From IMG/VR virus record IMGVR_UViG_3300045412_000547: a stretch of 64,000 nucleotides of DNA. One strand, 5' to 3'. Positions within the stretch are counted from its first letter, which is position 1. Every line of letters starts with the position of its first letter. The notes beneath the pieces are model-generated. The model ran no database searches, had not been told where the DNA came from, and saw only the letters and a list, made by a program, of their open reading frames with translations. The translations under genes were made by a program, and so were the position numbers. Origin of the DNA: a virus. Of this stretch, positions 1 through 11,253 are shown piece after piece.

Positions 1-2282
1 GGTGTCATATATACATAATCATTGTAATATACGAATGATTGAACATTTGAAACTGTTATTGAAGGAAACTCACCTACAGGAGACCTTCTTTTAATAATAT
101 AATCAGGATCTGCAGTTACATCTTCAACATTCATATTTACTAAATCAGCTCTGTAAAATTTATTTACAAAAGAAGGTCCTGCAGGTACTTTACACAAGAA
201 AAACGCATCATTATAGTCATAATCGTAATTTATAACATATTTTATCTCACCATTTTCATCTATAACAGATTTTTCATGTGTATTCAAATTAGACATTCTA
301 ATAAATTTATTATTTTCTAGTAATACGTAGTAGTTTTCAAAGCCATCAAATCTCAAGACACCTAGTACTTTACTTGAAAATTCTATACTTTGTAAAAATT
401 TCATATCAGTGTTAAAAATTTCTATATTTTCTTTGTTATTAATAAAAATAGTTGGTGTGACTGTGTTATAATTGAAAATACCGAACCCATCTCCAGCAAA
501 ATTTCCTATTAATTGATAGCCTATTGGTTTTGACCAATCATCAGAATAACCAAAAAAGCACATAGTAAATTGATTAGTATTTTCTATGCTTGATAAATTT
601 ACTGTATATGAATATCTATTACCATCAAAAACAAACTCTGTTTGATTTTCAATAGAATTATCGTAAGCAGAAGAACCGTTAATAAATTTATAGTTTGCTA
701 AGTTTTTTTGAACTAAATTAGGTTCAAGTGTGCGTAAAAATCCTTTTACATACTGGGGACCAATATGTTGATACGCGTAATAGGTTCCCGGTTCAAAAAT
801 AAGATCTGAAGGTTTATCAAATACCTCTACTCCATTGAGAATAGCTCTAGCTTGATCAAATAAACACTCAAAAACAGAAACATAACGTATAGCTTGAAAT
901 TCACTACCGCTTAGCGCATCAAAAAACGATATTTTAGCAGGATCATAATATCTATCTACCCATATAGGCTTAACATCTGAATTAATACTACCGGATAGCC
1001 ATGAACATAAAAATGTAGAATCTGTTTCTTCTATAGTTTCTCCATAATGAGATGTATCTTTATAGTCCGCTTTCTTTTTAAACACTTTATCTGCTTTTAA
1101 AGGATGATCTCCAGCGATAGCACCAGCTTCTATTAACCCGGCATCATTAATATTAAGTTGTTTATATGGATAAAAGTTATACGGTATATGAAAATATGTT
1201 ACTTGATCTGGAAAAAATTGAATTAAATTGGTAAACGCATCGTAAGACATAGAAATATTATCGTTACCTAATATTTGATTTGATCCAGAAAATATTTTTT
1301 TATAGTCTCTAAATTCTACAGAAGGTTCAAAAATAAAAGGGTTGCTTCTTGATTGAAAATTTTCCGGGGTTGATGTATTTTTTAATGATAATAGATTAAG
1401 ATTAAGAGTGTTATTCGAAAGAGTATAATATTGATTATGTAATAAAATATTAGAATTTACGTTTTCAAAGCTTCTATTTTCATTAATATCTTGTGAATTG
1501 TTTTTAAAGTTTTTTTCATATGAAACCCACGAGTCGTAAATTTTAGTATCGTTAGATACTTCGGGTCGATACATAAATTTCCATAAACTAAGAGACGAAT
1601 AAGGAACAGAGCCAGCTGTAAGAGGATCTGACAATACTAATTTGTTTGTAGTATTGTTTAATTCTAAAAATTTTGGAACATCATTAAGATTTTTTAAAAA
1701 TACTATAGCATCTGTGTCTTTATCATAAATATAGCTAAAGATTTGCGGACTATATAATCCTAAACCATCGGCATTAGCATCTACAGCAAAAGTTAAATTA
1801 TTAGTTATATCTACAGTAAGATATCTTGAAATTCCTTTATCTTCATGACTAATTTTACATTTATTTTCATCTAAAAAGAGAATATCAAAAAAATATCTTT
1901 GATCCATTTCAGATAAAGATCCAGAAACAGCAACTGCTGCTACTGTTGAGCCAATATCTTTTTGCTGCACTACCCAAAATTTAGAAAAAGTAGTAATATC
2001 GGGTATAGCATTACCTGCTATATATGTTGAGAATCCCTCATCTTGTAAAGGGCTAAGCTGTTTTAAAGATAATACATCTGAAATAATTTGCTTTTTAGAT
2101 AAAAATAAATTTGAAAAATTATTAATTGAATTATCGTTTGCGTCTTTTAAAACTTCTGGTGCATTGAAGGATATATTTTCTTCTAGATTAAAAGGTTTAT
2201 TTTTAAAAATAACTGTATTATCCTCAGAATAAACTGCAGAAAGAGATCTAAAATTTAAGGAATTTAAAATGTTTATGTTCAT
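1..2282 (-). CDS. Large virion/baseplate-associated structural protein, 3'-truncated by the window edge, with a possible LamG-like domain
   Basis: Not in the ORF track. Reading the minus strand from ATG 2282 gives MNINILNSLNFRSLSAVYSEDN..., and spot-checked segments stay open (WLSG..PIWVDRYYDP, FDGNRY..FTMCFFGYSDDW). It continues the structural gene cluster. Confidence 0.6.
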   Translation of the reverse strand, partial: MNINILNSLNFRSLSAVYSEDNTVIFKNKPFNLEENISFNAPEVLKDANDNSINNFSNLFLSKKQIISDVLSLKQLSPLQDEGFSTYIAGNAIPDITTFSKFWVVQQKDIGSTVAAVAVSGSLSEMDQRYFFDILFLDENKCKISHEDKGISRYLTVDITNNLTFAVDANADGLGLYSPQIFSYIYDKDTDAIVFLKNLNDVPKFLELNNTTNKLVLSDPLTAGSVPYSSLSLWKFMYRPEVSNDTKIYDSWVSYEKNFKNNSQDINENRSFENVNSNILLHNQYYTLSNNTLNLNLLSLKNTSTPENFQSRSNPFIFEPSVEFRDYKKIFSGSNQILGNDNISMSYDAFTNLIQFFPDQVTYFHIPYNFYPYKQLNINDAGLIEAGAIAGDHPLKADKVFKKKADYKDTSHYGETIEETDSTFLCSWLSGSINSDVKPIWVDRYYDPAKISFFDALSGSEFQAIRYVSVFECLFDQARAILNGVEVFDKPSDLIFEPGTYYAYQHIGPQYVKGFLRTLEPNLVQKNLANYKFINGSSAYDNSIENQTEFVFDGNRYSYTVNLSSIENTNQFTMCFFGYSDDWSKPIGYQLIGNFAGDGFGIFNYNTVTPTIFINNKENIEIFNTDMKFLQSIEFSSKVLGVLRFDGFENYYVLLENNKFIRMSNLNTHEKSVIDENGEIKYVINYDYDYNDAFFLCKVPAGPSFVNKFYRADLVNMNVEDVTADPDYIIKRRSPVGEFPSITVSNVQSFVYYNDYVYMT

Positions 2283-3806
2283 TTATATATACTTATTAGA
2301 GTATGGTATATCAAATAAAGAGCTATTTCCTAGTGATTTAAACGTTGGTATAGAAGAAAGAATTGAAATATTTACTAATTGATTAGGGTCAACAAATTCT
2401 AATACTGTTGATGAATCTCTTAAATTATAATTTATATCATTAACTAAATGTAAATTATTAATATTATATATTGATTGTTTATATAAATTAAATGAAATAG
2501 TGTATATATTAACATCAAAATTACCTAAAATTGCAGTTACGGACGCTGTATAAGATGTAGGGTCTATATTAGAAGGCCTATATAAAAATTTTATTGCATA
2601 GCTTTTAGGGTCTGCAAAATCAGCTCCTATTCTTAAAATGTTTTCCCCTTCATATGTATATGTAGGTACTATATCTTTATTAATAACTAGAGTTTTATCT
2701 ATGCCGTCACTGTAAATTATTTTAAGTAATTTAAAATAATTATCATCAATGCTTGAAGGATTAATAGTGAGAGTAAAATCACCTTTAAAATCACCTAAAA
2801 AAGTATTATACGATCTTTTTTGAACTGGGTATCCCCAAGGAAAAAATAAACCCCCGTTTGCCGTTGCAGCGAAATTGTATGACGATGCTGTAAGTAAATA
2901 GTAGTACGTTTGTATATCATTATTGACCTGTTGCTGTGTAAATGCATAGTTAAAGATTTTAGTAACTGCAATATTTCCAGTAAAATGTTCGGAATGATTA
3001 CCATCGGTATTAAGATCTTCGGGGGCTCCGCCAATTTGAAAAGGGGATATTGAAGAACCGCTTGAATTAGCAGCTGCCCCAGATATATTTAAATCTATGC
3101 CACTAACATTTAATAAAAAGGTTAAAGGTAGATTTGCAGCGGGTCTTAAATATTGTTTTTCGCCATTAATATATAAATTTGCAATATTTGAAGATCTATT
3201 AAAAGTCACCGCTACATGATTAAAGCCAGTTGTCTTAAGGGGTGAACCACTTGTTTCAAAATATATACAGTTACATCCCGGGCCATAAACGTTGGTACTA
3301 CCTATACCGCTGTAAGCTTTACCAGATCTAGAAACTTGAAGAAGATATCCGGGAGAGAGAGCCCAGTGTCCGTGAGAAATAATTCTTCTAGGGTTAGGAG
3401 TCGGTTGTGTATTGTGTCCTGAAAAAATAGATATTAAAGTAAAACTATTATTATTAAAATCAAAATTATCACTGTCTATAAATCTAATATTACTTAATTT
3501 TGTAGCAGATAAATTAAAAAACTTTCCATTATTGCCTACAATACTTACTCTACCTATTTTTTGATAAGAAGAGATATCATTTACAGACAAATTACCGTAA
3601 TAACAGTAAGGATTAAATGATTCTATATATAAATTAGCTATTTGAGGGAAGCTGGCCAAGGAAACCGAATATATACCGTTATTCACAGTGCATAAATAAG
3701 AAAAAAACGTGCTATAAATAGGATCTACAAACAAGTAGCCGTTTATACAGTCAGGTTTTTGTATGGGTAATTGGTATGAAGACAGTGTTATTGAAAAATT
3801 CTTCAT
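2283..3806 (-). CDS. LamG/concanavalin-A-like domain virion protein
   Basis: LamG signature FNHVAVTFNR..NLYING..FQIG..HFTGNIAVTKIFNYAFTQQQV. Start moved to ATG 3806 (MKNFSITL) because a TAAATA box lies 5 nt upstream. Confidence 0.7.
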   Translation of the reverse strand: MKNFSITLSSYQLPIQKPDCINGYLFVDPIYSTFFSYLCTVNNGIYSVSLASFPQIANLYIESFNPYCYYGNLSVNDISSYQKIGRVSIVGNNGKFFNLSATKLSNIRFIDSDNFDFNNNSFTLISIFSGHNTQPTPNPRRIISHGHWALSPGYLLQVSRSGKAYSGIGSTNVYGPGCNCIYFETSGSPLKTTGFNHVAVTFNRSSNIANLYINGEKQYLRPAANLPLTFLLNVSGIDLNISGAAANSSGSSISPFQIGGAPEDLNTDGNHSEHFTGNIAVTKIFNYAFTQQQVNNDIQTYYYLLTASSYNFAATANGGLFFPWGYPVQKRSYNTFLGDFKGDFTLTINPSSIDDNYFKLLKIIYSDGIDKTLVINKDIVPTYTYEGENILRIGADFADPKSYAIKFLYRPSNIDPTSYTASVTAILGNFDVNIYTISFNLYKQSIYNINNLHLVNDINYNLRDSSTVLEFVDPNQLVNISILSSIPTFKSLGNSSLFDIPYSNKYI

Positions 3807-3814
3807 ATTATTAT

Positions 3815-6715
3815 TTAACAGGGTATTTGTATAGTAAACACGGGCCCTGAGCCGCTTACTCTTACCCATCCAGTAGTTGGAACCACATAAGGAACAGTGG
3901 ACGGGTTAGTAAATACCGCTCCAACTATAGAGCTAAGCGCGGGGTTAACTTCTAATAATCTCCAGTTAGGAGACGCCCAATTATCATGTGTAATAACGTA
4001 ATTATTAAATGTTGTTGTTCTATAGAAAGGGTCGCCTCCGGTAGGAGGATATGTTAAGACATAGCAATCGTTTATATTAGAAGGAGCACCACCTAATAGT
4101 CTAATTTGAGAAGGACCAGAAGTGGGTGTTAATGTAACTGTAGGCGTTATAGTTGGTGTCTGTGTAGGGGTCTGCGTAGATATATTCGTAGTTGTAACAG
4201 AGGGTGTGGGAGATGAGGTAACTGTCTGTGAAGGTGTAATAGAAGGTGTAATAGTTTCGGTAGGTGTAACTGTTTCTGTTGGTGTGTTAGATGGCGTTCT
4301 CGTCGGTGTAGGTGTAAACGAAGTTGGGGTGTTTGTCGGGGTAATAGAGGGAGTAGATGTAATAACAAAATCTTCGCTTTTGTTATTATTAATTACCCCG
4401 TTTATACCAAAATTTTTAATTTCAAAGTTGCTACCGCATAAACCGGAGCTATAACTTAAACCACAATAAACTGCATCTGGTAAAGGTTTAGCATAATAAT
4501 TTTCTGGTAATGTAAAAGTTGCATAATTAAAATAATTTTCATAATTATATTTTTTAAGATCTATTACTACTGTTTTACCGAAATCAGTGAATCTAACTCT
4601 TGCTTTGTGAAATTCAGGTGTGGCATCACCTGTAATTTGTTGATATAGATTAAAAGGAACAGAATATGCTGATCCGTTTAAAGATTGAGATGTATAAATT
4701 AATGGCCAATAATAACAGTAAGGGCCTCTTATTGTTATTGAATTAGGTATACCCACGTCTCTACCTGGTACTATACCAAAACTCGATAATGCAAAGTTAC
4801 CTTTTAAATCAAACCCTATACCTATCAAGCCACCAGATATACCGTCAGATGTCATTTTTGCTGGTATGTATCCGGCATCATTAATCCATGCTGAAATTCC
4901 AGAAACAGCAGTATAGCCAAGCCCCGGACCCGGTCCACCTCCGCTTATAGTTGGTACGAAATTATTTACTAAGAAAACACAGAATCCCTCATCGCCTATT
5001 GGGTTAGCACCATAACAAGCATATTCAAACGAAATAGTTAAATCTGCTTTAGTGCTAAATGATTGCTGTAAGATAAATGAACCGGCTTTTCCGTTTATAG
5101 GCATTTGATAAAAATCAAAAGAGAATGGTGACGGTGTGGGACGTGGTGTCTGAGTCGGTGTTTTTGTAGGTGTCGATGTATTTGTAGGAGTGGGCGTCTC
5201 CGTATATCCAATAGTTTTTGTTGGAGTAGGTGTGGGTGTATTACTTCTTGTATTTGTTGGAGTATGAGATGGAGAAATCGTAAGGGTGGGTGTTACGGAG
5301 GGTGTGGCGGTCGGTGTAAGACCTGGTGTTACAGTATTAGTCGGTGTGATCGTAGCTGTGGGTGTAGGTGTAAAATTAACTGTACGTGTTGGTGTTGTCG
5401 TTGGTGTACTTGTAGTAGTAGATGTAGGTGTTTGTCCAGGAGTCCTAGTGGGCGTCGGTGTGACTGTTCTTGTAGGTGTTAAAGATATTGTTGTTGTAGG
5501 GGTAAGGGTTACTGTAGGAGTAGGTGTAAAAGATGGAGTAATCGTTGGTGTAGGGGTAATTGAAGCTGTTGGAGTGGGGGTAGGAACTTCAATAAACGAG
5601 TTTAAGGATAAAGAAAATAAATCGCCTCCTTGAATTTCCTGGTTTGTTAAAATGATTGTGTCTGTGATGGTGTCTGGTACTATAGTGAAAGATTGATACG
5701 TAGAATTATTTTTAAACCCTAGCTGCCCAAAATCATTTCTACCACATCCAGCTATTATATCACCGCCTACCGAATTAGGTGTAGATGAAACACCAGCAGT
5801 ATAGCTGTACCCTCCAAAAACCCTACTTAACCTTACTGAATTTGATAATACAGTCCATGAATTCTTTGGTGTTGTGTTCCCTAAACCTAGCTGCCCGTAT
5901 GTGTTGTTACCTGTAACCCAAGCTCGACCATTTGAGGAAAGAGCTATACTATACTCGGCCCCGGCGTGTATACCTCTATATTTACCGTCAATTCTTCTAA
6001 AAGTATATTGTATAGAAGGCGATGCCCCTATGCCTAGTTGACCGCTAGAATTATCACCAACTACATACAAATCATATTCTTGTGTTGTAGGGCTATTAAT
6101 ATTACCAGACAGTAATAAAGCATGTGTTAATCCGCATTTTATATTTGACCATACACCCGTAGTAGGTGTCCAAGATGTAAATTGAGTACCTGTATTTCCT
6201 AAGCCTAGTTGACCTTGAAGATTACTTCCTGCTACATACAAAACACCGTTATTACGTATTGCATATGAGAATGCACTGCCTGCTGCTATAGAAGTATATG
6301 TAAACCCACCATCATTAGTAGTATTAAAAAGAGTTCTACTTATTTTATCACCGCTACCTAATTGACCGTGGTTATTTCTACCAGTTCCATAAATTCTACC
6401 ATTTGTTAAATTAATTGCTAAAGAGTGATCTACACCGGCTCCAATACTTGAATATAAACCGGAAATTAGTTTAAAAGTTACTCTTTTAAAATTAGTTCCG
6501 TCTCCTAACTGTCCAAAAGAATTATTACCTGCAGCAGATAATACTCCTGTATTGCTCAGTAATAATGAATGAGCGCTTCCAGCTGCAACTTTAGTAAGAG
6601 AATTTAATGGAAAATAAGAGTCTTGTGATGTAAGTGAAAATAGTAACGAAGAATCCTCTAGTCCTAATTGACCATGTTGATTACCACCGTAACGAGAGAA
6701 AATATTAAGAGCCAT
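3815..6715 (-). CDS. RCC1-repeat beta-propeller + Thr-Pro linker + L-type (legume) lectin-like domain; probable virion adhesin
   Basis: About 7 G-x-N-x-x-G-Q-L-G RCC1 repeats, long TPTPT linkers, and lectin-like motifs [12 protein letters not shown] and IGIGFD..GNF. Confidence 0.75.
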   Translation of the reverse strand: MALNIFSRYGGNQHGQLGLEDSSLLFSLTSQDSYFPLNSLTKVAAGSAHSLLLSNTGVLSAAGNNSFGQLGDGTNFKRVTFKLISGLYSSIGAGVDHSLAINLTNGRIYGTGRNNHGQLGSGDKISRTLFNTTNDGGFTYTSIAAGSAFSYAIRNNGVLYVAGSNLQGQLGLGNTGTQFTSWTPTTGVWSNIKCGLTHALLLSGNINSPTTQEYDLYVVGDNSSGQLGIGASPSIQYTFRRIDGKYRGIHAGAEYSIALSSNGRAWVTGNNTYGQLGLGNTTPKNSWTVLSNSVRLSRVFGGYSYTAGVSSTPNSVGGDIIAGCGRNDFGQLGFKNNSTYQSFTIVPDTITDTIILTNQEIQGGDLFSLSLNSFIEVPTPTPTASITPTPTITPSFTPTPTVTLTPTTTISLTPTRTVTPTPTRTPGQTPTSTTTSTPTTTPTRTVNFTPTPTATITPTNTVTPGLTPTATPSVTPTLTISPSHTPTNTRSNTPTPTPTKTIGYTETPTPTNTSTPTKTPTQTPRPTPSPFSFDFYQMPINGKAGSFILQQSFSTKADLTISFEYACYGANPIGDEGFCVFLVNNFVPTISGGGPGPGLGYTAVSGISAWINDAGYIPAKMTSDGISGGLIGIGFDLKGNFALSSFGIVPGRDVGIPNSITIRGPYCYYWPLIYTSQSLNGSAYSVPFNLYQQITGDATPEFHKARVRFTDFGKTVVIDLKKYNYENYFNYATFTLPENYYAKPLPDAVYCGLSYSSGLCGSNFEIKNFGINGVINNNKSEDFVITSTPSITPTNTPTSFTPTPTRTPSNTPTETVTPTETITPSITPSQTVTSSPTPSVTTTNISTQTPTQTPTITPTVTLTPTSGPSQIRLLGGAPSNINDCYVLTYPPTGGDPFYRTTTFNNYVITHDNWASPNWRLLEVNPALSSIVGAVFTNPSTVPYVVPTTGWVRVSGSGPVFTIQIPC

Positions 6716-9700
6716 TAGTACACCCCAAATTCATAAGTTCCGTTTTTTATATTTAAATTACCAGGCCAGTTTAGCACGCTATGTGGTTTAAAATACGATG
6801 GTAAATTGTGTAATTCAAAATAAGAACTAGACAAACCAAAAGCAATATGAAGCATATTAGATGAAGGCATGTACATATTAGTAGATACATTATTTAAAAT
6901 TCCGTTTATATATCTATATTCATATTTAAAAATATAAGAAAAATCTGATGTATCTTTACCTATAAAAGTTAAAACAAAAGTATTATTATCTGTGTTAAAG
7001 GAAAATAGAGGTTTTTCAAAATAATTAATATTAATGTTGTGGTAATTTGAATTATTATTAATCCTTAGTGTTAAGTTACCGGAGGGTTCTGCAGAAACTA
7101 CACATAGATTGGTACTATCAGACATTAAGGTATAATTATTTTCAGGGAATATGTAATTAGTATATGCAGAGTTTGGATATTCATTAAATAATTTATTTTC
7201 TAAAAGACTATAAGAATAAATAGATGGTGTAACTGTTTTATAAATGGAGCCGCTTAAAACAGGATACAAATTAAAAGAAGCTACATAAAGTTTTTTTTCA
7301 TTTTCACTAAAAAACACTGTAGATGTATTTTCAAAATTTCTATTTCTACCTTTATATACTAAATTGCTAGTATTTGATACGTTACGCAATGTACCGCTAT
7401 TAAAATCAAAATTTATTTTTTCAAAAATTACATAATTTTCAGTTTCTAATAGCAATACATCATAATAAACGTCAAAATTTATTAATTTATTATTAATTTC
7501 ATTTACAACTTCATTATTATTTTTATCATTATAATATTTTATAAATAATGCACTCAGTGCTGATGATACTGGTTCAATAATTGTACTATTTGCGTTTCGA
7601 AAATAAAAATCGCCATAATTAATGAAGTTTGTTTGATATATACTTTGTTTTTGACTAATTGTTGTTATGTTTTGCAAATAAGTTGTTAGTCTTCCAGGTA
7701 CTCTGAGATTTATAAAATTGCTTCTTTCGGTATAGAGAGGCTCATTAAAAGATATGGGCCTACCACACGGAGATTCACCGTTTATTAATAAAAAAGACCC
7801 ATCCACGTTTGTTAAAGCAGATAATGGCGGTTTAAAAGTAAAATCTGCAGCAAAACCATACACTGGCCGGTAACCTGGCGCTGCTGGATTAGCCCCTCCA
7901 TCAATTAATTCACTGTAATAAACACTAGTTGCAGCAGGGTTAAAGCTAGGATTATCACTTGGATAATCTATTAATTTAGCAGATGAATTTGATACAAATG
8001 TATGTCCGTCCTTAAAATTACAATCAAATGTCTGTATTACAAATTCAGAACAAAATATTTCTGGTTGAAAAACATATGAAATTAAATTTTCAAACTCATT
8101 TTCTGGCAAATTATAAGAAGGTACCCCGTTATTATAGAAAAAAGTAGATAAAGGAGAATTTTCTGAGTAGTTACCAATATAATAATTAGTATAGCTATAT
8201 GGAACGTAATACCCTGTACCCGGCGGAATATTTGTAGTTGTTTTTAATGCAAATTCATATACAAAAGGATCAAATTGACCACCATTTACGATGGAACAAA
8301 ACCTTAATCCTTCTACATCTCTTGTACCGGCTGTTGTTGGTAAAGGCCGTAACGGTTCTGTAAATTTAAATAACCCGTAATTATTACCATATACATCCGA
8401 CTTAAATTGTACTAAATTCTTAAAAGTATTAATTAAAGTTTTTTGTCTTTGATAGATGGGAAATTTATCTGCCGGTACAAGTTTATAGATGTCTTCATTA
8501 GCCCATACATTTTTAAGGTGTGTTTTAAAAAAATCTTGAGGATCGGTTCGTCTATGAATACCGGAATCAGAATACTCTAGAGATTGATCTCGAGATTGGT
8601 AAGCACGAAATGTTTGAAGTTTATTATCTGTATATACATCACCAAATCTATACTGATTTGCGATATTAATCTTGTTAAAATAGTTATATTCTACAAATTT
8701 AAAGGGTGAATTAAACTCTTCAAACGTTGTACTTTCAACATTTCCATATTTTTCTGGATCAGGAAATATATAGACTGAATTAGAGGCTAAGTTATTTTTA
8801 TCAAAAAACGGTTTAAAATCAAAAGAAGTAAAAGTAGCTAAACCCAGCTTATCCGGCTTAAAAAATCCACCGATATGTTTAATTGAAGTATTACTTTCAT
8901 TAGCTACAGCTGCTACTGTAGGGTATCTTTTGTTTAGATAGTTGGCATAAGAATTTTTAGCTTTATATACAACACCAGAAAGAAAATTATTAATAGTTGA
9001 GCCTGTTGAAACATAATAAAAATCTGTACCAATATATTTTTCAATTTCTAATTCTTCATTATTTAGATTAAGATTTTCATAGGTTTCTGTGTTAAACGTA
9101 TTGATAAAATCTTTGTCTTTTAAATAATAAAATTGTTTAGAGGAAGAGACCGTAGGTGTTATTACGAAATTATTTGTTCCTAATTCCGTTAAGAAAAACG
9201 GATAGCTTGTCATAGCCTGAACTACACTTCTAGCAAAGTCTAATGTTATATAAGGGTCACTATTATAAACATTTAGATTGAAATATTCTTTTCTCTCACC
9301 AGACGGGTTATATGCTGTTAATGAAACATTCGGACTTATATCAAAATAAGAATTTGACGTATCATAAAGTTCTTCTACTTCTACAGAAATATTATTACGA
9401 ATATCAGACAGCGAAACATTTAAAGTCTTTATTATTTCGATTAAATCATCGGCTTCTAATGCTTTAGAAATTTCATTGTAAACTCCTTTTTTAATACCAA
9501 AATTTGATCCGCGTAAATTATTTTTAACTGAAGCAGTTTTAACGTCGTCCCTTAGAGAGCTATAGTAAATACAAATTTCTTTAATTTTTTTAGCGTAAAA
9601 AGGTATAACTGTTGCAATTTCTCTGGGATTATTAAAGTCTACATTTGAAATAAACCGTTTTTCGTCTGGAGTAATGTAGTTTAAGGTTATTTCATTTAAT

Positions 9701-9945
9701 AAATTTACATATAAATCCTTAAGAGAAACTTTATTAGCCTGATCTAAGTTATTTTTATATGTATACCATCTGGTTAAATAGTTTTTATATTTTCCAAGAA
9801 ATATTTCAGGTGTTGTAAAAACTTCATTACTATACGTTAACCATTGTTTAAAAGTAAAAGGATTGTCTTTATCCAAGCCGTTTTTATTGCCAGAAATTAC
9901 CGATACGTCTAGTGTATTATTCTGTAGCTCAAGCATGTTTGGCAT
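6715..9945 (-). CDS. Large virion structural protein (baseplate-associated), function unknown
   Basis: 1076-aa ORF rich in N, Y, F and S, with a late box 5 nt upstream, inside the tail/baseplate cluster. Confidence 0.5.
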   Translation of the reverse strand: MPNMLELQNNTLDVSVISGNKNGLDKDNPFTFKQWLTYSNEVFTTPEIFLGKYKNYLTRWYTYKNNLDQANKVSLKDLYVNLLNEITLNYITPDEKRFISNVDFNNPREIATVIPFYAKKIKEICIYYSSLRDDVKTASVKNNLRGSNFGIKKGVYNEISKALEADDLIEIIKTLNVSLSDIRNNISVEVEELYDTSNSYFDISPNVSLTAYNPSGERKEYFNLNVYNSDPYITLDFARSVVQAMTSYPFFLTELGTNNFVITPTVSSSKQFYYLKDKDFINTFNTETYENLNLNNEELEIEKYIGTDFYYVSTGSTINNFLSGVVYKAKNSYANYLNKRYPTVAAVANESNTSIKHIGGFFKPDKLGLATFTSFDFKPFFDKNNLASNSVYIFPDPEKYGNVESTTFEEFNSPFKFVEYNYFNKINIANQYRFGDVYTDNKLQTFRAYQSRDQSLEYSDSGIHRRTDPQDFFKTHLKNVWANEDIYKLVPADKFPIYQRQKTLINTFKNLVQFKSDVYGNNYGLFKFTEPLRPLPTTAGTRDVEGLRFCSIVNGGQFDPFVYEFALKTTTNIPPGTGYYVPYSYTNYYIGNYSENSPLSTFFYNNGVPSYNLPENEFENLISYVFQPEIFCSEFVIQTFDCNFKDGHTFVSNSSAKLIDYPSDNPSFNPAATSVYYSELIDGGANPAAPGYRPVYGFAADFTFKPPLSALTNVDGSFLLINGESPCGRPISFNEPLYTERSNFINLRVPGRLTTYLQNITTISQKQSIYQTNFINYGDFYFRNANSTIIEPVSSALSALFIKYYNDKNNNEVVNEINNKLINFDVYYDVLLLETENYVIFEKINFDFNSGTLRNVSNTSNLVYKGRNRNFENTSTVFFSENEKKLYVASFNLYPVLSGSIYKTVTPSIYSYSLLENKLFNEYPNSAYTNYIFPENNYTLMSDSTNLCVVSAEPSGNLTLRINNNSNYHNININYFEKPLFSFNTDNNTFVLTFIGKDTSDFSYIFKYEYRYINGILNNVSTNMYMPSSNMLHIAFGLSSSYFELHNLPSYFKPHSVLNWPGNLNIKNGTYEFGVY

Positions 9946-9984
9946 TAAATTATTTATTACTAACTACTAAAATGAAAAGTACTA

Positions 9985-11253
9985 TTATACAGATCTGCCT
10001 ACTTGAAAGTACTTTCTTCCGGATAGCGTCAAAACAGGTGCTTTTGAAGTATATACCAAAATATTATTTTCGGATGATACTGTTGGCATCTTTAAATCCC
10101 AGGGCACTATATCTAAATCTCTTACAATACTTGTAATTCTACACCCTATAGAATATGAATCGTCTGGAGGGCCAGCAAAAAGCAAACCAATTGTTTTCCA
10201 TGCAGATGCAGAAGGTACATTCGAGCTTAGTAATGCAAACATCGCGGAACCCGAGTCACCGCCTCCACCGGGTGAAACATTACCCTGTACATAGAAACTG
10301 TCACTAAACCAGCTTCTATATCCACTATATAGTCCAACATTTGCATAGCCAAGTTGATATACAGATAATTTACAAAAATTACTAAACCCAGGAAAACCTA
10401 TAGGGCCTTTTGTTCTGCCTGATCTAAAAATAGGTGATCGGTAATTAAGAGATGTTGGATCTATTAGAGAATCAATTTCGTGATCTGATGCAAATTTATA
10501 AGGTGGCATCTCACTAAAATTTACCACCCTTCCACTGCTAAGAGGGTCTATTAAATTATAACTAGAAAGTTGTAAAATAGCTGCATCTACAGATGTGCCT
10601 TGGATATAACCATATGGGTCTAGAGAAGGAGAAATATTACCTATGAGTACTGGTCTCTTACATTTTCCTATATAATCAATACTTGAATCTGTATTTCCAT
10701 AACTATTACTGGAAGGTGAACCTGGTTGTCTACCACTTAATTCAAGCGTGTTAATTTTCCCTAAATTATTAGCTGTTGTAGAGCTCACTGCTGTAGATAC
10801 CTGAGATGCTGCATAAACATGGTTATTGCTTAAAGCTACAACCTGCCCGTCGGATTTATCTCTAACGATTAAACCAAGAGTAGCATCTGATGAGTTTATA
10901 TTTATACTACTTATGCCTCCCACAAGAGGTCTATATCTTATCCTATTACTTTTAACAGGTTCAACGTTTTCACTATTATTATGGCATGCAGTGGTTGCTA
11001 TTGTTTGGTGTAAAATTGTTTCCTGAACGTCCGTTAATACTATTTCTGTTTCAATTTCTAAATTCTGAGGAATAATCATATTTGAAGGTAATTGTGAAAG
11101 GGGTAACTTTTCTTTTACCAGTAAAATTAAACACATCTGTTCTGTAGATTGACCGTTTGTAATCTTAGGACCTACAAGAGCCCCTTGTACGTTATAGGGT
11201 AATTCTTTAAATTTACCTTCTCTGATCCATTGTAATGTTTTATATATATTCAT
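9985..11253 (-). CDS. Nal1-like trypsin-fold serine protease
   Basis: Catalytic triad motifs SNNHV (His), SVDAA (Asp) and GDSGS (Ser); also RYRPLVGGISS, ATLG, SGRT and a Nal1-type N-terminal region (NVQG..VG.KI.NG..LV.EKLP..IP..TDV). Confidence 0.85.
   Translation of the reverse strand: MNIYKTLQWIREGKFKELPYNVQGALVGPKITNGQSTEQMCLILLVKEKLPLSQLPSNMIIPQNLEIETEIVLTDVQETILHQTIATTACHNNSENVEPVKSNRIRYRPLVGGISSININSSDATLGLIVRDKSDGQVVALSNNHVYAASQVSTAVSSTTANNLGKINTLELSGRQPGSPSSNSYGNTDSSIDYIGKCKRPVLIGNISPSLDPYGYIQGTSVDAAILQLSSYNLIDPLSSGRVVNFSEMPPYKFASDHEIDSLIDPTSLNYRSPIFRSGRTKGPIGFPGFSNFCKLSVYQLGYANVGLYSGYRSWFSDSFYVQGNVSPGGGGDSGSAMFALLSSNVPSASAWKTIGLLFAGPPDDSYSIGCRITSIVRDLDIVPWDLKMPTVSSENNILVYTSKAPVLTLSGRKYFQVGRSV

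Noticed and set aside
3807-3869. Track start sites at 3869, 23093, 41932 and 53474
   Set aside because: They overlap neighbouring genes or use weak start codons. Downstream ATG/GTG codons (3806, 23162, 41941, 53453) fit promoter spacing or gene packing better.
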